From positions 205,158,001-205,222,000 of the forward strand of contig NC_091473.1 in NCBI RefSeq assembly GCF_036971445.1: a stretch of DNA of 64,000 bases, given 5' to 3'. The position numbers were made by a program, and so were the translations under genes. The notes under the pieces were generated by a model that worked only from the letters and a program-made list of their open reading frames with translations, was not told the origin of the DNA and did no database searches. Source of the stretch: Narcine bancroftii. Taxonomy: Eukaryota. Numbering within the stretch: the first letter of the stretch is position 1; every line of letters begins with the position of its first letter. Below, piece after piece: positions 63,434 to 64,000 of this stretch.

Positions 63434-63812
63434 ATGTGGTTTGAAATGAAACGCGAGAAAGAGGATGCTAGAGCACGTGAGGGATTGCTTAATGTTGAAC
63501 AGGTGAAAATGTGAGACAGAGTGAGCGTCAAGAATAGAACGAAAGAAGGAGAAAGGGGGAGAGGGAGGAGATTAAAAAAAGGGTAGATGCGGGGAGTGAA
63601 CAGGTAGAGGGTTCGTGAAGCGAGGGGAACGCGATGCAAACTGTCTTCACTAACGCGTTCTAATTGGTTGGATAATGACCACACCAACCAATCCTGTATG
63701 ATGGAAACACTCTGATATATGTCCAAAGTGTTAGACCGCTCATAACATCGCCCCACCAATTGTACTGCGGTAACATAAGGAAACCTTCGTTGATGATCTT
63801 AATCCACATACC

Positions 63813-64000
63813 ATGTTCTTCGTGAATGGTTTGGTGATTCTTTGGGCCGTTCTGACTAGTGAGCATGTCTGACTGGTCAGCGACTTCTGCCCATTGTCCT
63901 CTCTCTACAAATCTCTAGCTTTAAACTAATTAAAGACGGACAAATTCCCCAACTTCCTTTGCTCTTCCTTGCACCTTCTTCCTCCGCTTACTCATTTACA
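63813..64000 (+). pseudogene. TCR V family C copy 7, leader exon only (cut by window end)
   Basis: Leader 63813-63858 matches the other C copies. Confidence 0.75.

Larger units (their letters stand above)
1..64000 (+). repeat. Tandem segmental array of a ~10.2-kb unit carrying 7 TCR V-derived loci (F-A-B-C-D-G-E)
   Basis: Family-A V exons start at 1364, 14623, 30884, 41059, 51236 and 61397. Spacings are 13259, 16261, 10175, 10177 and 10161 bp; 16261 minus the ~6.09-kb L1 plus TSD gives ~10.17 kb. Near-identical ORFs recur with this period. Confidence 0.97.

Noticed and set aside
1-64000. CRISPR array or prokaryotic defence system
   Set aside because: Repeats are kb-scale segmental duplicates with spliceosomal introns, RSSs and LINEs; there is no short repeat-spacer structure and no cas genes.

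Overview
Vertebrate (not microbial) genomic DNA from an antigen-receptor locus: a tandem array of T-cell receptor alpha/delta-type V gene segments, all on the + strand, each with a leader exon, a phase-1 intron, an Ig V exon and a 3' 22/23-bp-spacer recombination signal sequence (RSS). No D, J or C segments were seen. The repeat content (HER1-like CR1, Rex1/Babar, fish-type L1) suggests a cartilaginous fish, but this is inference. The window holds about 6.3 copies of a ~10.2-kb unit. Each unit carries seven V-derived loci that I label F-A-B-C-D-G-E (my labels). Only families A and E are potentially functional; the rest are pseudogenes. The unit itself appears built from an older two-gene module. 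Other highlights: a young, intact 6.08-kb L1 retrotransposon (ORF1, ORF2, polyA and 15-bp TSD) inserted in one unit; an older twin-primed (5'-inverted) L1 fragment that marks a subset of units; a duplicated leader exon in the A/C/E genes whose proximal copy was inactivated in three different ways; a conserved unpaired Cys in these V domains; and a rearranged first unit. I found no evidence for a wholly new gene system. The novelty lies in the locus architecture and evolution.
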